From an archaeon (GTDB taxonomy: Archaea; Nanobdellota; Nanobdellia; Pacearchaeales; GW2011-AR1), in assembly GCA_043811855.1 (NCBI GenBank), contig JBDRMT010000026.1:1-53336 (forward strand): a stretch of DNA of 53,336 nucleotides. Reading direction: 5' to 3'. This document shows positions 1-8,918 of this stretch, piece by piece. Position 1 is the first letter of the stretch. Each line of letters opens with the position of its first letter. The translations under genes and the position numbers were made by a program. Below the pieces are notes generated by a model. The model ran no database searches. It saw only the letters and a list, made by a program, of their open reading frames with translations, and was not told the origin of the DNA.

Positions 1-129
1 TTTGTAAACCCTCATCAGGGATTGAAAGAGAAAACTCCTGCAATTAAAGCTGGAATAAAATTAAAGTTAGGTAGAATGAAATTATTTGGACTCATAAAAT
101 TTATAACCAAAACCTCAAGAGACGATTAG
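1..129 (+). CDS. DDE transposase, C-terminal fragment (5' part lies outside the window), IS6-family-like
   Basis: Frame 1 is open from nt 1 to the TAG at 127-129 and reads FVNPHQGLKEKTPAIKAGIKLKLGRMKLFGLIKFITKTSRDD*. The PHQ-L-x-x-KTPA-x-x-AGI tail resembles the conserved C-terminus of IS6-type DDE transposases. It is absent from the ORF track because no start codon lies inside the window. Confidence 0.5.
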   Translation, partial: FVNPHQGLKEKTPAIKAGIKLKLGRMKLFGLIKFITKTSRDD

Positions 130-226
130 TTGTTAATATCCTAAGCAGCCTTTGTTTGATAAGAAATCAGAGGTTTTAATATTTTGAAATCAAAAGATTT
201 AAATATCTTAAAATATCAGAAAATAA

Positions 227-511
227 ATGGATTATTTAGATATGAAAGTAGAAAATTATGAAAGAGGCATAAGATTTAGGTTTTGGTTTTCAAGACCCGT
301 TTTAATTGATGATTTAGAACCTCTCTGGATGCCTGGAGGACCTATTTTTGAAGGGTTAGTAGAAAAAGGATATATGTCTAAGAAAGGAATAAACTCTGTT
401 TATTTTAGAATGGATGAAGTAAGACCTTTTCGTACCCCTCAAGGCACTTTTGAAGTAATGTTTAATTATTATCTTATACGTCCTATTAATCACCCTTTTT
501 CAAAGAATTAA
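227..511 (+). CDS. hypothetical protein
   Basis: 94-codon ORF in an AT-rich, stop-rich background. No motif recognised. Confidence 0.4.
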   Translation: MDYLDMKVENYERGIRFRFWFSRPVLIDDLEPLWMPGGPIFEGLVEKGYMSKKGINSVYFRMDEVRPFRTPQGTFEVMFNYYLIRPINHPFSKN

Positions 512-514
512 TAT

Positions 515-1393
515 TTAAACAACCTTCCCTCTAATCTTATCCATTATTTTTTGAAAACCTAAATGATAATCTCTTACTCTAACTGGAGCACCTGTCAAAG
601 GCCTATTATGAGCTATTGCATTTCTAATAGGTTCCATATCTTGCAATCTGCTGCACCATTCCTTTGTATCAATATAATTAGCAAAAATAGGTTTATTAGA
701 TTCTATAATAATCTTATAATCATAAAAATCTGCAAACAATAATAAATCTACTTCTTTTTCTTCATCTAATCCCTCTTCTCTTCTAGAAGCACACTTTGCT
801 CTTACTTTTTTTGGAACACCCCTTCTCCACCACGCCTCATTAAAATTTTCTTCTAATAATATCCTAATAAACTCCCTCACATTATTTTCAAATAAATATA
901 AAGAATCTCTTTTTGAAACTTCATGACCTCCTCCAGGACTAACATTTTTTGAAAGACATTTTGTTAAATATTCCTTAACAGAAATAGCATTAGGAACTTT
1001 ATAAAAACATAAGGTTTCTTTAAAATAAGGTTCAGCTTCTTTAAACCTTCCCATCTTATATAACAACTCTCCTAAAACTATTTTTGGAGCCCATAAATGA
1101 GGTCCTAATTGAATTGATTTTTTAAATAGCTTTTCAATAGTATCTAAAGATTCAATGTCTTTTAATGACTTTCTCATAAACTCTTTTCCAAGATAATAAT
1201 AATTCATAGGATCTTGAGGATTTTTTCTTATGCTTTCTTTTAAAAATTCTTCAGCTTTCATTTCACAATATCTCACCTTTTTTAGAAATTTATTAAATAA
1301 AATCTCCTTAGTTTTTAATGATTTCTTTACTCTATTATTCATCTCCAAAACCCTTATAAAGAAGTTCGCACAATTAAAGGTATGAACCCCCAA
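515..1393 (-). CDS. TPR-repeat protein with C-terminal Swt1-like HEPN domain (putative RNase)
   Basis: The N-terminal half has TPR-like helices (NYYYLGKEFMRK, LGELLYKMGRFKEAEPYFKE). The C-terminal half follows the Swt1-type HEPN layout (LYLFENNVREFIRILLEE..AWWRRGVPKKVR...) and ends in the R-x4-H motif RNAIAH. The Met at 1342 (MNNRVKK) is a more plausible start than 1393. Confidence 0.65.
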   Translation of the reverse strand: MGVHTFNCANFFIRVLEMNNRVKKSLKTKEILFNKFLKKVRYCEMKAEEFLKESIRKNPQDPMNYYYLGKEFMRKSLKDIESLDTIEKLFKKSIQLGPHLWAPKIVLGELLYKMGRFKEAEPYFKETLCFYKVPNAISVKEYLTKCLSKNVSPGGGHEVSKRDSLYLFENNVREFIRILLEENFNEAWWRRGVPKKVRAKCASRREEGLDEEKEVDLLLFADFYDYKIIIESNKPIFANYIDTKEWCSRLQDMEPIRNAIAHNRPLTGAPVRVRDYHLGFQKIMDKIRGKVV

Positions 1394-1425
1394 GAATTTA
1401 TCAAACCTAAGAAAGCAAAGCTTTC

Positions 1426-2265
1426 TTGGCCTTAAAAATTTTAAAAATGGATAAAGAAAAATTTTTAAAGAACCTGGAAACTGAAATAAAAATATCTAAA
1501 CTTAGTCCCTATACATTAAGAAATTACTTAGATTCTAATAAACAACTGTTAGAATTTTCTAATAAACAACCAAATCAAATAGATCAACAAGATATAAAGA
1601 ATTTCTTAGCAGAAAAAATGTCAGATAAGTCTTCATCCTCAACAATTCTTTTTCTTTCTTCAATAAAATTTGCATATTCTTCTTTATTACAAAGAGATCC
1701 TACTTCAGGGATTAAAAGGCCTAAAAACCAAAAAAAGATTCCAGTAATTTTAACAAAACAAGAAGTTCAAGATTTAATAAATGCAGCAGAAACAATAAAA
1801 TCTCAATTAATAATACAAATGCTGTACTCATCAGGATTAAGAGTTTCAGAAATAGTAAGTGTAAAACCTGTTGATCTAGACTTAATAGAGAATACAGGAT
1901 GGGTTAGAGAGGGAAAAGGAGGAAAGGATAGAATGTTTATTCTTTCAAAAAAACTTTCAAAAAAATTAGAAAAATTTATTAAAAAACATCCTGATTGGAA
2001 GTATTTATTTTCAAAAACAAAACACCTAACAACAAGAAACATTCAGAAGATTGTTCAAAAAACAGCAAAAAAAGCAGGTATTGAAAAATCTGTTCATCCT
2101 CATACCCTAAGACATTCTTTTGCAACACATCTTCTTGATTCAGGAGTAGATATTAGGAAGATACAATTTCTTCTAGGACACTCAAGTATTGCAACAACAC
2201 AAATTTATACTCATATCTCTGGAGAGCAAGTTAAATCAATAAAAAATCCATTGGATAATTTATAA
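1426..2265 (+). CDS. xerA: tyrosine recombinase XerA (XerC/D family)
   Basis: It has an N-terminal SAM-like core-binding domain and a C-terminal catalytic box HTLRHSFATHLLDSGVDIRKIQFLLGHSSIATTQIYTH, which supplies the R..HxxR..Y residues. Confidence 0.9.
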   Translation: MALKILKMDKEKFLKNLETEIKISKLSPYTLRNYLDSNKQLLEFSNKQPNQIDQQDIKNFLAEKMSDKSSSSTILFLSSIKFAYSSLLQRDPTSGIKRPKNQKKIPVILTKQEVQDLINAAETIKSQLIIQMLYSSGLRVSEIVSVKPVDLDLIENTGWVREGKGGKDRMFILSKKLSKKLEKFIKKHPDWKYLFSKTKHLTTRNIQKIVQKTAKKAGIEKSVHPHTLRHSFATHLLDSGVDIRKIQFLLGHSSIATTQIYTHISGEQVKSIKNPLDNL

Positions 2266-2266
2266 G

Positions 2267-2280
2267 AATCTTTTTAAATA
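2267..2280 (+). promoter_or_regulatory. BRE/TATA-like promoter element (AATCTTTTTAAATA) upstream of dfx
   Basis: It is centred about 25 nt upstream of the ATG at 2300 and belongs to the same motif family seen before several other genes and before tRNA-Gly. Confidence 0.35.
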
Positions 2281-2299
2281 AGTATTTCTTTTAAAAATT

Positions 2300-2677
2300 A
2301 TGACAGAAAAAAATCAAATTTACAAATGTGAAGTTTGTGGAAATATTGTTGAGGTTTTACATGAAGGAGGAGGAGAATTAGTCTGTTGCAATCAACCTAT
2401 GAAACTTCAAAAAGAAAATACAGTTGATGCTGCAACTGAAAAGCATGTTCCAGTTTTAGAAGAAGTAGGAGAGGATAGGTTTAATATCAAGATAGGAGAA
2501 ATTCCTCATCCAATGACAAAAGAGCATTATATTGAGTGGATAGAAGCAATTGGAGAGAACAATGAGCATTGTAAAATCTTTCTAAAACCAGGAGATAAAC
2601 CTGAAGCAGAATTTTGTTTTAAAGTTAAAAAAGCAAGGACTTATTGCAACTTGCATGGATTATGGGAAAATAACTAA
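2300..2677 (+). CDS. dfx: desulfoferrodoxin (2Fe superoxide reductase)
   Basis: The N-terminal desulforedoxin motif is YKCEVCGNIVEV...VCCNQPM. It is followed by the neelaredoxin domain (EKHVPV, HPMTKEHYIEWI, CNLHGLW). Confidence 0.9.
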   Translation: MTEKNQIYKCEVCGNIVEVLHEGGGELVCCNQPMKLQKENTVDAATEKHVPVLEEVGEDRFNIKIGEIPHPMTKEHYIEWIEAIGENNEHCKIFLKPGDKPEAEFCFKVKKARTYCNLHGLWENN

Positions 2678-2750
2678 TCATAAATAAAACATAGAAATAC
2701 TTTTAAAATAACTTTCTTATGAACTACTATTAAAAAGGAGAATAAAGAAA

Positions 2751-3614
2751 ATTACAGTTTATTCACACTCAAGATTATCAACATTTGAACAATGTCCTCT
2801 TAAATTTAAATTTAGATACATTGATTATCTTGAACCAGATTTTAAACAATCAATAGAAGGATTTTTAGGAAATAAGGTTCATGATACTTTAGAGTGGATT
2901 TATAGGGAGGTGAAAAATGGAAAAACTTTTGAATTAGATGAAGTAATTCAACATTTTGTTATTTCCTGGAATAATGATTTTACTAATTCTATTAAAATAA
3001 TAAAACCAGATTTAAATTTAGAACATTATTTTAACAAAGGTATAAAATTTTTAATTAATTATTTTATGAAACATAAACCCTTTAAAGACAATACTATTGC
3101 AACTGAAAAGAAAGTTTTTGTTAATCTTGACAATAAAGGAGAATATAAACTAATAGGATATATTGATAGATTAGTTCATAATAGAGATTTAAATATTCTT
3201 GAAGTTCATGATTATAAAACCTCAAGTTCAATAAAATCTCAACAAGAACTTGATAATGATAGGCAACTAGCTTTATATTCAATTGCCATAAGAGAGGAAT
3301 TTAAAGATGCAGAAGATGTTCATCTTATATGGCACTTTCTTGATTTTAATCAAACTTTAACTTCAAAAAGAACCTCAGAACAACTTGAATATTTAAAACA
3401 AGAACTTATAGATTTAATAATCAAGATAGAGTCTACAACAGATTTTCCTCCTAATTTAGGTTGTTTATGTAATTGGTGCGAATTTCAAAGTAAATGCCAA
3501 GAATTTCAAAAAAATATTAATCAAATTCAATTAACTTCTAAAACTTGCCAAAGTAGTTTAGAAGACTTTAATAATCATAATAACAACAATAAAATTGAAG
3601 AAAATGGTAATTAA
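2751..3614 (+). CDS. PD-(D/E)XK nuclease, RecB/Cas4-like with 4Fe-4S cysteines
   Basis: The ORF-track entry starts at GTG 2910, but the same frame is open back to 2712 and encodes ITVYSHSRLSTFEQCPLKFKFRYIDYLEP, the conserved N-terminal Cys block of this family. The core motif is EVHDYKTS. The C-terminus has C-x2-C-x5-C (CNWCEFQSKC). There is no ATG, GTG or TTG in frame in 2712-2909. An ATT at 2751 lies 10 nt after AGGAG, so the start is uncertain. Confidence 0.7.
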   Translation: MTVYSHSRLSTFEQCPLKFKFRYIDYLEPDFKQSIEGFLGNKVHDTLEWIYREVKNGKTFELDEVIQHFVISWNNDFTNSIKIIKPDLNLEHYFNKGIKFLINYFMKHKPFKDNTIATEKKVFVNLDNKGEYKLIGYIDRLVHNRDLNILEVHDYKTSSSIKSQQELDNDRQLALYSIAIREEFKDAEDVHLIWHFLDFNQTLTSKRTSEQLEYLKQELIDLIIKIESTTDFPPNLGCLCNWCEFQSKCQEFQKNINQIQLTSKTCQSSLEDFNNHNNNNKIEENGN

Positions 3615-3780
3615 ACTTATCTTTCCAGAAAATATGATTATTAAGATTCCTGAAAAAATAATGTTTGGTGATTTTGAACTCTTAGAAGAAATCTACTTAG
3701 ACCAAGATGTAGATACTCCTTGCTCAGGATTTGAAGCTTCTGCACCAAGTTCTTTTATGGATAGGGCTTTTGGATTTTAA
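3595..3780 (+). CDS. hypothetical small protein
   Basis: 61-codon ORF that overlaps the nuclease stop by 20 nt. No motif recognised. Confidence 0.3.
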   Translation: MKKMVIKLIFPENMIIKIPEKIMFGDFELLEEIYLDQDVDTPCSGFEASAPSSFMDRAFGF

Positions 3781-3788
3781 ATAAAAGA

Positions 3789-3959
3789 TTATTCCTCTAT
3801 AATAGCATTCTTAACAACAATTGGAACCTGAAATTTATCACCACAACTTAAACATTCACCAGTTATAATTGTAGTTGCTGCTGTTAAAAGTTTACATCCA
3901 GAACTCTTAATTCTAGCAGCCATACCAACGTTAATGTCTTGTCCACCCTTACATTTCAT
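3789..3959 (-). CDS. hypothetical small four-Cys protein (56 aa), below the ORF-track length cutoff
   Basis: Hand translation gives MKCKGGQDINVGMAARIKSSGCKLLTAATTIITGECLSCGDKFQVPIVVKNAIIEE*. It fills an otherwise empty spacer. No family recognised. Confidence 0.35.
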   Translation of the reverse strand: MKCKGGQDINVGMAARIKSSGCKLLTAATTIITGECLSCGDKFQVPIVVKNAIIEE

Positions 3960-4085
3960 TTAAAAATTATAATTTTTAAGTTTAATAGTTTAACGCAATG
4001 GATTTATATATCTTAGAAAATATATGTTAATAGTCTAACTAAATCCTTATAAATTCTTTTAATTTTTCTTTAGTTTATATCAAAA

Positions 4086-6005
4086 ATGTGGTCTTTACAT
4101 GAAAATGAAAAATCTTTAAAACCTCTAGTCTTTTCAAACGGAAAAACTCAAGAAGATATTGTTAAAGAGGTTGTAAACGCAGTTGAACAAGGATTTAAAA
4201 TAATTTTTATTAAAGGAATGTGTGGAACAGGAAAAAGTGCAATTGCTTTAAACCTAGCAAGATATTTTGGAAAAACTTCAATAGTAGTTCCAATAAAATC
4301 TTTACAAGAACAATATACAAATGATTATACTAAAAAACTTCATATTTTAGATAAAAACAATAATGAAAAATTAAAAATATCTTCTGTATTTGGAAGAAAA
4401 AATTTTAAATGCAAATATTTAGATGAAAATGAAGAAATAATTAAAACAGAAAGTGTGAAAAAAGAAAAAAATGCAAAATTATTTGATATTTATGAAGATA
4501 CCAGGCAGATTGAAGCTTTTAATTCAAAAGATGATGAATCTTGTGATAATAATTACCTTCCATGTAAAATTGAAATTAAAGAAAAAAATATTTCTATAAT
4601 AAAAGATTATATTAAACAAAATCCTCTTGTAAAAAAATCTAATTTTTCTTCAATAAATGAGGTTAAGAGAATGACAATTGCTCCTGTCTGTCCTTACTGG
4701 TCCCCCCTATTTCCTAGTGAAATTGATATTACTTTTAAAAATTCTCAGAAAGTATATTATAAGGGTTTAGAAGATATTCAGTTTACAATTCATCAAAGAC
4801 AACCTGGTTGCAAATACTATGAACAATATATTTCCTATGCAAATTCAGATGTTTTAATCTTTAATTCACTAAAATATAAACTTGAAAGTTTAATGAATAG
4901 AAAACCTCAAACAGAACTTGAAATAATTGATGAATGTGATGAATTTTTAGATAGTTTTGCAAATCAAGAAAAAATAACTCTTAACAGATTATTATTTGCT
5001 TTAAACATGGTTTTTACTGATAATGAAAAAACAAGCAACTTAGTCCAGGAACTAATAAGTTTAACAAATAAAATAAAAAAGTATCCTGTTTCAGATAAAG
5101 TTATCAAGGTTTCAGATACAGATATAGAAAAACTATTATTAAATTTTCTAAAAAATAGAGATTTACTTTACGAAACAGAAATTGAAGATTCAAGCTATCT
5201 TCATCATTTAGATGAAGTTTCAAGAATTTTCTATGATTTTTTAGACGAAACTTACTTTTCAGTAGATAAATTTGAAAATGATGTTTCCATAAACCTTGTA
5301 ACAACAAACTTAGAAAAAAGATTTAAAGAATTAACAGAAAAAAATAAAGTAATTATAATGATGAGCGGAACAATTCACTCAGAAAATATTTTAAAAACAA
5401 TTTTCGGATTAGATAATTTTAAAATAATTGATGCAGAAATTCAACATCAAGGAGAACTAATTAAATGTAAACATGGATATGAATTAAATTGTAGCTATAA
5501 TAGTTTCCAAAACAATTTAACCTCAAGAGAAGATTATCTAAAAGCTTTTTCAAAAACAATTGAATGTGCAAAACCCCCTGTTTTAGTTCATTTAACAAGT
5601 TTTTCAGATCTTCCAACAGAATATGAAAAACAAAAACATAGTTTAGAAAGCCTTCCAACTCAACAAGAACTTATAAGAAATCAAAATTTAGATCCCAGAG
5701 GCAAGAGAGTTGAAGATTTTAAAAATAAAAAAACAAACATATTGTTTACGACAAGATGTTCAAGAGGAGTAGATTTTCCAGGAGATACTTGCAATTCAAT
5801 AATAATTTCAAGATTTCCTTATCCAAATATATCTTCACTTTTTTGGAAGATCCTTAAAAAAACAAATCCAGAATATTTTATGGATTTTTATATGGATAAA
5901 GCTAAGAGAGATTTATTACAAAAGATTTATAGAGGATTAAGATCAAAAAATGATAGAGTTTATTTGCTTTCACCAGATATTAGGGTTTTAGGTTTTGAAA
6001 TATAG
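4086..6005 (+). CDS. Rad3/XPD/DinG-family SF2 DNA helicase
   Basis: Recognised motifs: Walker A GMCGTGKSA, Walker B IIDECDEF, MSGT motif, helicase_C_2-like block ILFTTRCSRGVDFPGDTCNSIIISRFPYPN, and motif VI QKIYRGLRS. Four spaced Cys residues between Walker A and Walker B (FKCKY, SCDNNYLPC, VCPYW) are compatible with an XPD-type FeS domain. Confidence 0.75.
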   Translation: MWSLHENEKSLKPLVFSNGKTQEDIVKEVVNAVEQGFKIIFIKGMCGTGKSAIALNLARYFGKTSIVVPIKSLQEQYTNDYTKKLHILDKNNNEKLKISSVFGRKNFKCKYLDENEEIIKTESVKKEKNAKLFDIYEDTRQIEAFNSKDDESCDNNYLPCKIEIKEKNISIIKDYIKQNPLVKKSNFSSINEVKRMTIAPVCPYWSPLFPSEIDITFKNSQKVYYKGLEDIQFTIHQRQPGCKYYEQYISYANSDVLIFNSLKYKLESLMNRKPQTELEIIDECDEFLDSFANQEKITLNRLLFALNMVFTDNEKTSNLVQELISLTNKIKKYPVSDKVIKVSDTDIEKLLLNFLKNRDLLYETEIEDSSYLHHLDEVSRIFYDFLDETYFSVDKFENDVSINLVTTNLEKRFKELTEKNKVIIMMSGTIHSENILKTIFGLDNFKIIDAEIQHQGELIKCKHGYELNCSYNSFQNNLTSREDYLKAFSKTIECAKPPVLVHLTSFSDLPTEYEKQKHSLESLPTQQELIRNQNLDPRGKRVEDFKNKKTNILFTTRCSRGVDFPGDTCNSIIISRFPYPNISSLFWKILKKTNPEYFMDFYMDKAKRDLLQKIYRGLRSKNDRVYLLSPDIRVLGFEI

Positions 6006-6050
6006 TTTTAAATATAATAATATTTAAAAGCTGTTAATCTATTTTATTAA

Positions 6051-6728
6051 ATGGAATCTGAAGAGCAAAATCAGTTATTAAGGCCTAAATTAGCAGCAAC
6101 AAGCCTTTTTTATGATTATTTAAAGGAACCAAGGGATCCTATTAATTATACTTTAGAAGAATTTGGCCATGATCTTGGAGCTTATGCACTTAGAAAAACA
6201 GATGCCGATAGAGTAATGGCTTCTCTAAATTTAATTGCACAAAGTTTAGGAACTGAAAGATTAGAAGCAATTTGTAAAGAAGGCAAAAATCCCTCAGTAT
6301 CTCTTAAAGGTGATAATTTTCCAAATACAACTTTAGAAATGAGTTTAGGATTTTTAAAAAGAGGAAATTCTATTTTTTTAAGCGCTCTTGCACAATCAGC
6401 ATGTAGGATAAATTTAAGTCAATATGAAGGTTCTGAAGATTATGTAGCATGGGAAAATGCTTTAAGAGAAATAAGTGAGAGGGTTAATAGAACTTCAGCT
6501 ACCTGTAATATCACCAGAGATGTACAAGAGGAAAATAAAGATATTCAGATTTTTACTGCAGAGGTAAAACTAACTTATGATAATTGTGGATATCTCCCCT
6601 TACCTAGGGTTAGTAGAAATGCTTTAGAGGTTGTAAGAGCTGTTCAAGATTCATACAATGCAACTGAAAAACTTAAACAAAGAAAACAAAATAGAATTAA
6701 GCAAACTGTTAAGGAATTAACTTCTTAA
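6051..6728 (+). CDS. hypothetical protein (Lys-poor, compositionally atypical)
   Basis: 225-codon ORF. Its amino-acid composition (A/L/R/E/S-rich, few K/I/N) differs from neighbouring genes. No motif recognised. Confidence 0.5.
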   Translation: MESEEQNQLLRPKLAATSLFYDYLKEPRDPINYTLEEFGHDLGAYALRKTDADRVMASLNLIAQSLGTERLEAICKEGKNPSVSLKGDNFPNTTLEMSLGFLKRGNSIFLSALAQSACRINLSQYEGSEDYVAWENALREISERVNRTSATCNITRDVQEENKDIQIFTAEVKLTYDNCGYLPLPRVSRNALEVVRAVQDSYNATEKLKQRKQNRIKQTVKELTS

Positions 6729-6865
6729 AATAAACTAATCTCCCTTTTTCAATCCTCTTATTATTAGTATTATTTTAACTTAAACACGCGAACTACTCTT
6801 ACATAAAATTCTTTAAGGTTACCAGCAAATTCTTTTTATAGAATACTAATAAAAAACCATCCTTT

Positions 6866-7513
6866 TTATTTACTTTCTTCTACAGCTTCTATTTCAACAG
6901 AATCTTTTGAAGTGAATAATTGAGTTATTGAAAATACAATTCTAAATATAAATTCTATTGCAAAAATAAAAATAAGAAAGATGATTATATGATTAAATAA
7001 ACCAGGAATAGCCATAATCTTATCAGTAATAACCCCTAAGTTAAAAAAACTTGAACCTATTATAAATGCAGCTAAAATAGTAAATGGAAGTATTTTAGCA
7101 AGATCTCTAGATAAATCTTCACTAATATAAGAAGTTACTCTTACAGAGGTTATTATTGCAGCAGAAATCAAAAGAATCTGCTGAGTATTTCCAGACTCAG
7201 ATAAAACTAATAAGAAGATTGAAAATATTGAAAACCAAAATAATACTAAAAATGGGAGTATTATTAAATATTCTAAAATATAAAGAAAAAGAGCTAAACT
7301 CTTTTCTGCAACAGGATGAAGAGCATATTCATATTGTCTTAGATTTAGTTCAATTATATCTCTTTTTGCAAGAAACTTATAAAATTTCCAAATAAAAAGA
7401 GCATAAATTAAAATTAAAACCGTATAAACAAATAAATTAACTAATACTTTTTGATCTTCTGGAATAGCACTATAAATGCTATTAAACAATTCTATAAAGT
7501 AATCAAATATCAT
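6866..7513 (-). CDS. integral membrane protein
   Basis: The 215-aa product has several long hydrophobic segments. Confidence 0.55.
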   Translation of the reverse strand: MIFDYFIELFNSIYSAIPEDQKVLVNLFVYTVLILIYALFIWKFYKFLAKRDIIELNLRQYEYALHPVAEKSLALFLYILEYLIILPFLVLFWFSIFSIFLLVLSESGNTQQILLISAAIITSVRVTSYISEDLSRDLAKILPFTILAAFIIGSSFFNLGVITDKIMAIPGLFNHIIIFLIFIFAIEFIFRIVFSITQLFTSKDSVEIEAVEESK

Positions 7514-7561
7514 CTTAACCTCTTCTTTCTTATTAAAAAGAAAACTTATTAATAAACCTTT

Positions 7562-7984
7562 TTATCTAAAGCTCTTTTGTCTCTTTTTTCTAGCTTTACT
7601 ATCTCCAGGTTTATAAGCTTCTTTTCTTCTTGTATCTGCAATTAGTAAAGTTTTATCATATTTAATAAATGCTTTTCTTAATGCATCTGATTTTGTAAAA
7701 TTAACTAAAACTCTAGCAATTGCAAGTCTCGCAGCTTCAATTCTACTCTCTGAACCTCCACCTTTAATATTTACAAAAATATCAAATTTAAAATTTTTAA
7801 GAGTTTTTTTTGCAATTTCAATAGGTTCATCAATAACTAATTTTTTAAAAAAATCCAAATTTTCATAAGGAACTTTATTAATTAAGACTCTCCCACTTCC
7901 TTCAACAATTGTAGCTTTTGCAATTGATGTTTTTCTTTTTCCACTAACTGTTAATTTACTTGCTATTGATTTTTTTTCTACCAT
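7562..7984 (-). CDS. rps9: 30S ribosomal protein S9 (uS9)
   Basis: Motifs GKRKTSIA, GGGxxSRIEAARLAIARVL and the C-terminal ...KARKKRQKSFR. Confidence 0.95.
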   Translation of the reverse strand: MVEKKSIASKLTVSGKRKTSIAKATIVEGSGRVLINKVPYENLDFFKKLVIDEPIEIAKKTLKNFKFDIFVNIKGGGSESRIEAARLAIARVLVNFTKSDALRKAFIKYDKTLLIADTRRKEAYKPGDSKARKKRQKSFR

Positions 7985-8047
7985 GTTTAAATTTTCTCCC
8001 AGTTTCTTGGAAATTTAAATGCTTGAATATCTTTGATTTTCATTGTT

Positions 8048-8455
8048 TTATAATTTTTCTGAAAGTTCTTTTAATTCAATATATTTTAATTTTTTAGGAG
8101 CACTTATTTTAACCATTTTTTCACCTTCAAATTCATTAGGAATACCCTCATAACACTTAATTCTTTTAAAAGCTAGTTTTCCTTGACCCCTTCTAAAATC
8201 AGGTAACATACTTCTTATGCTTCTTTTTAAAATCATATGAGGTATTTTTGAAAGCTGTGGACCTTTTTGTGAATGACCTCCTTTAGCTCTAATTTCTTTA
8301 TATTTCTTAATAATATTTTTTTTATTTCCAGTAATAATCACCTTTTCAGAATTTAAGATAACAACATCCTTATCTTCTATTGCCTTCTTAGCAGCATAAC
8401 TGCACAATCTTCCAAAAACAGCTCCACTTGCATCAATAATAAGTTTATCTGCCAT
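8048..8455 (-). CDS. rpl13: 50S ribosomal protein L13 (uL13)
   Basis: Motifs IDASGAVFGRLCSYAAK, MLKRSIRSMLP and the canonical position between L18e and S9. Confidence 0.9.
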   Translation of the reverse strand: MADKLIIDASGAVFGRLCSYAAKKAIEDKDVVILNSEKVIITGNKKNIIKKYKEIRAKGGHSQKGPQLSKIPHMILKRSIRSMLPDFRRGQGKLAFKRIKCYEGIPNEFEGEKMVKISAPKKLKYIELKELSEKL

Positions 8456-8456
8456 T

Positions 8457-8816
8457 TTAACCTATAATCTTAACTCCTTTTAAATCTTTATTTTTGCTAA
8501 TCTCTTCTTTAATACTTTTAATTTCACAGCCTGCTTTTTTTAGTTTTTCTTTTGCTTGTTCTGAAAAACCAAATGCACTAACACTTATTTTTTTGTTAAT
8601 ATCTCCACTTCCTAAAACTTTTCCAATAACTAAAACTTTATCATCTTCAAATTTATCAAGAACATCTAAATTAACACTTTTATATTGGCTTTTAGGTGCA
8701 GATAACTTTTTAGCTAAATCTAATAAATTATTTTTTTTAGCTAGATTAATGCTCTCAACTATTTCTATATTTCTTTTCCTAGTTGCTCTTTTACTTATTT
8801 GTGTTTTACTTATCAT
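8457..8816 (-). CDS. rpl18e: 50S ribosomal protein L18e (eL18)
   Basis: Size, the basic N-terminus, the motif VLGSGDI..KISVSAFGFSEQAKEKLKKAG, and its position between RpoD and L13 as in the archaeal operon. Confidence 0.85.
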   Translation of the reverse strand: MISKTQISKRATRKRNIEIVESINLAKKNNLLDLAKKLSAPKSQYKSVNLDVLDKFEDDKVLVIGKVLGSGDINKKISVSAFGFSEQAKEKLKKAGCEIKSIKEEISKNKDLKGVKIIG

Positions 8817-8918
8817 AGTATAATAAATTTAGTAGAAGCAATATGCTCCTGCTAACGCGATTAACTCGCAGGTATTTTGTAATTTTCCTAGCAATTAGGG
8901 CTTTTTAAAACTTTCGAA

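Noticed and set aside
1-28. gtaaaccctcatcagggattgaaag at the very start of the window resembles a CRISPR repeat ending in ATTGAAAG.
   Set aside because: Only one copy is present and no spacer-repeat periodicity follows. The stretch is in frame with a transposase-like C-terminus (FVNPHQGLKEKTPA...), which explains it better.
3781-4085. Searched the spacer, and other intergenic regions throughout the window, for additional structured RNAs (RNase P RNA, SRP RNA, C/D-box sRNAs) and for further VR-like copies of the TR.
   Set aside because: I could find no conserved RNA motifs by eye and no second sequence resembling ctggagcgac-flanked VR. A computational scan (Infernal/Rfam, and the TR against the genome allowing A-mismatches) is still needed.
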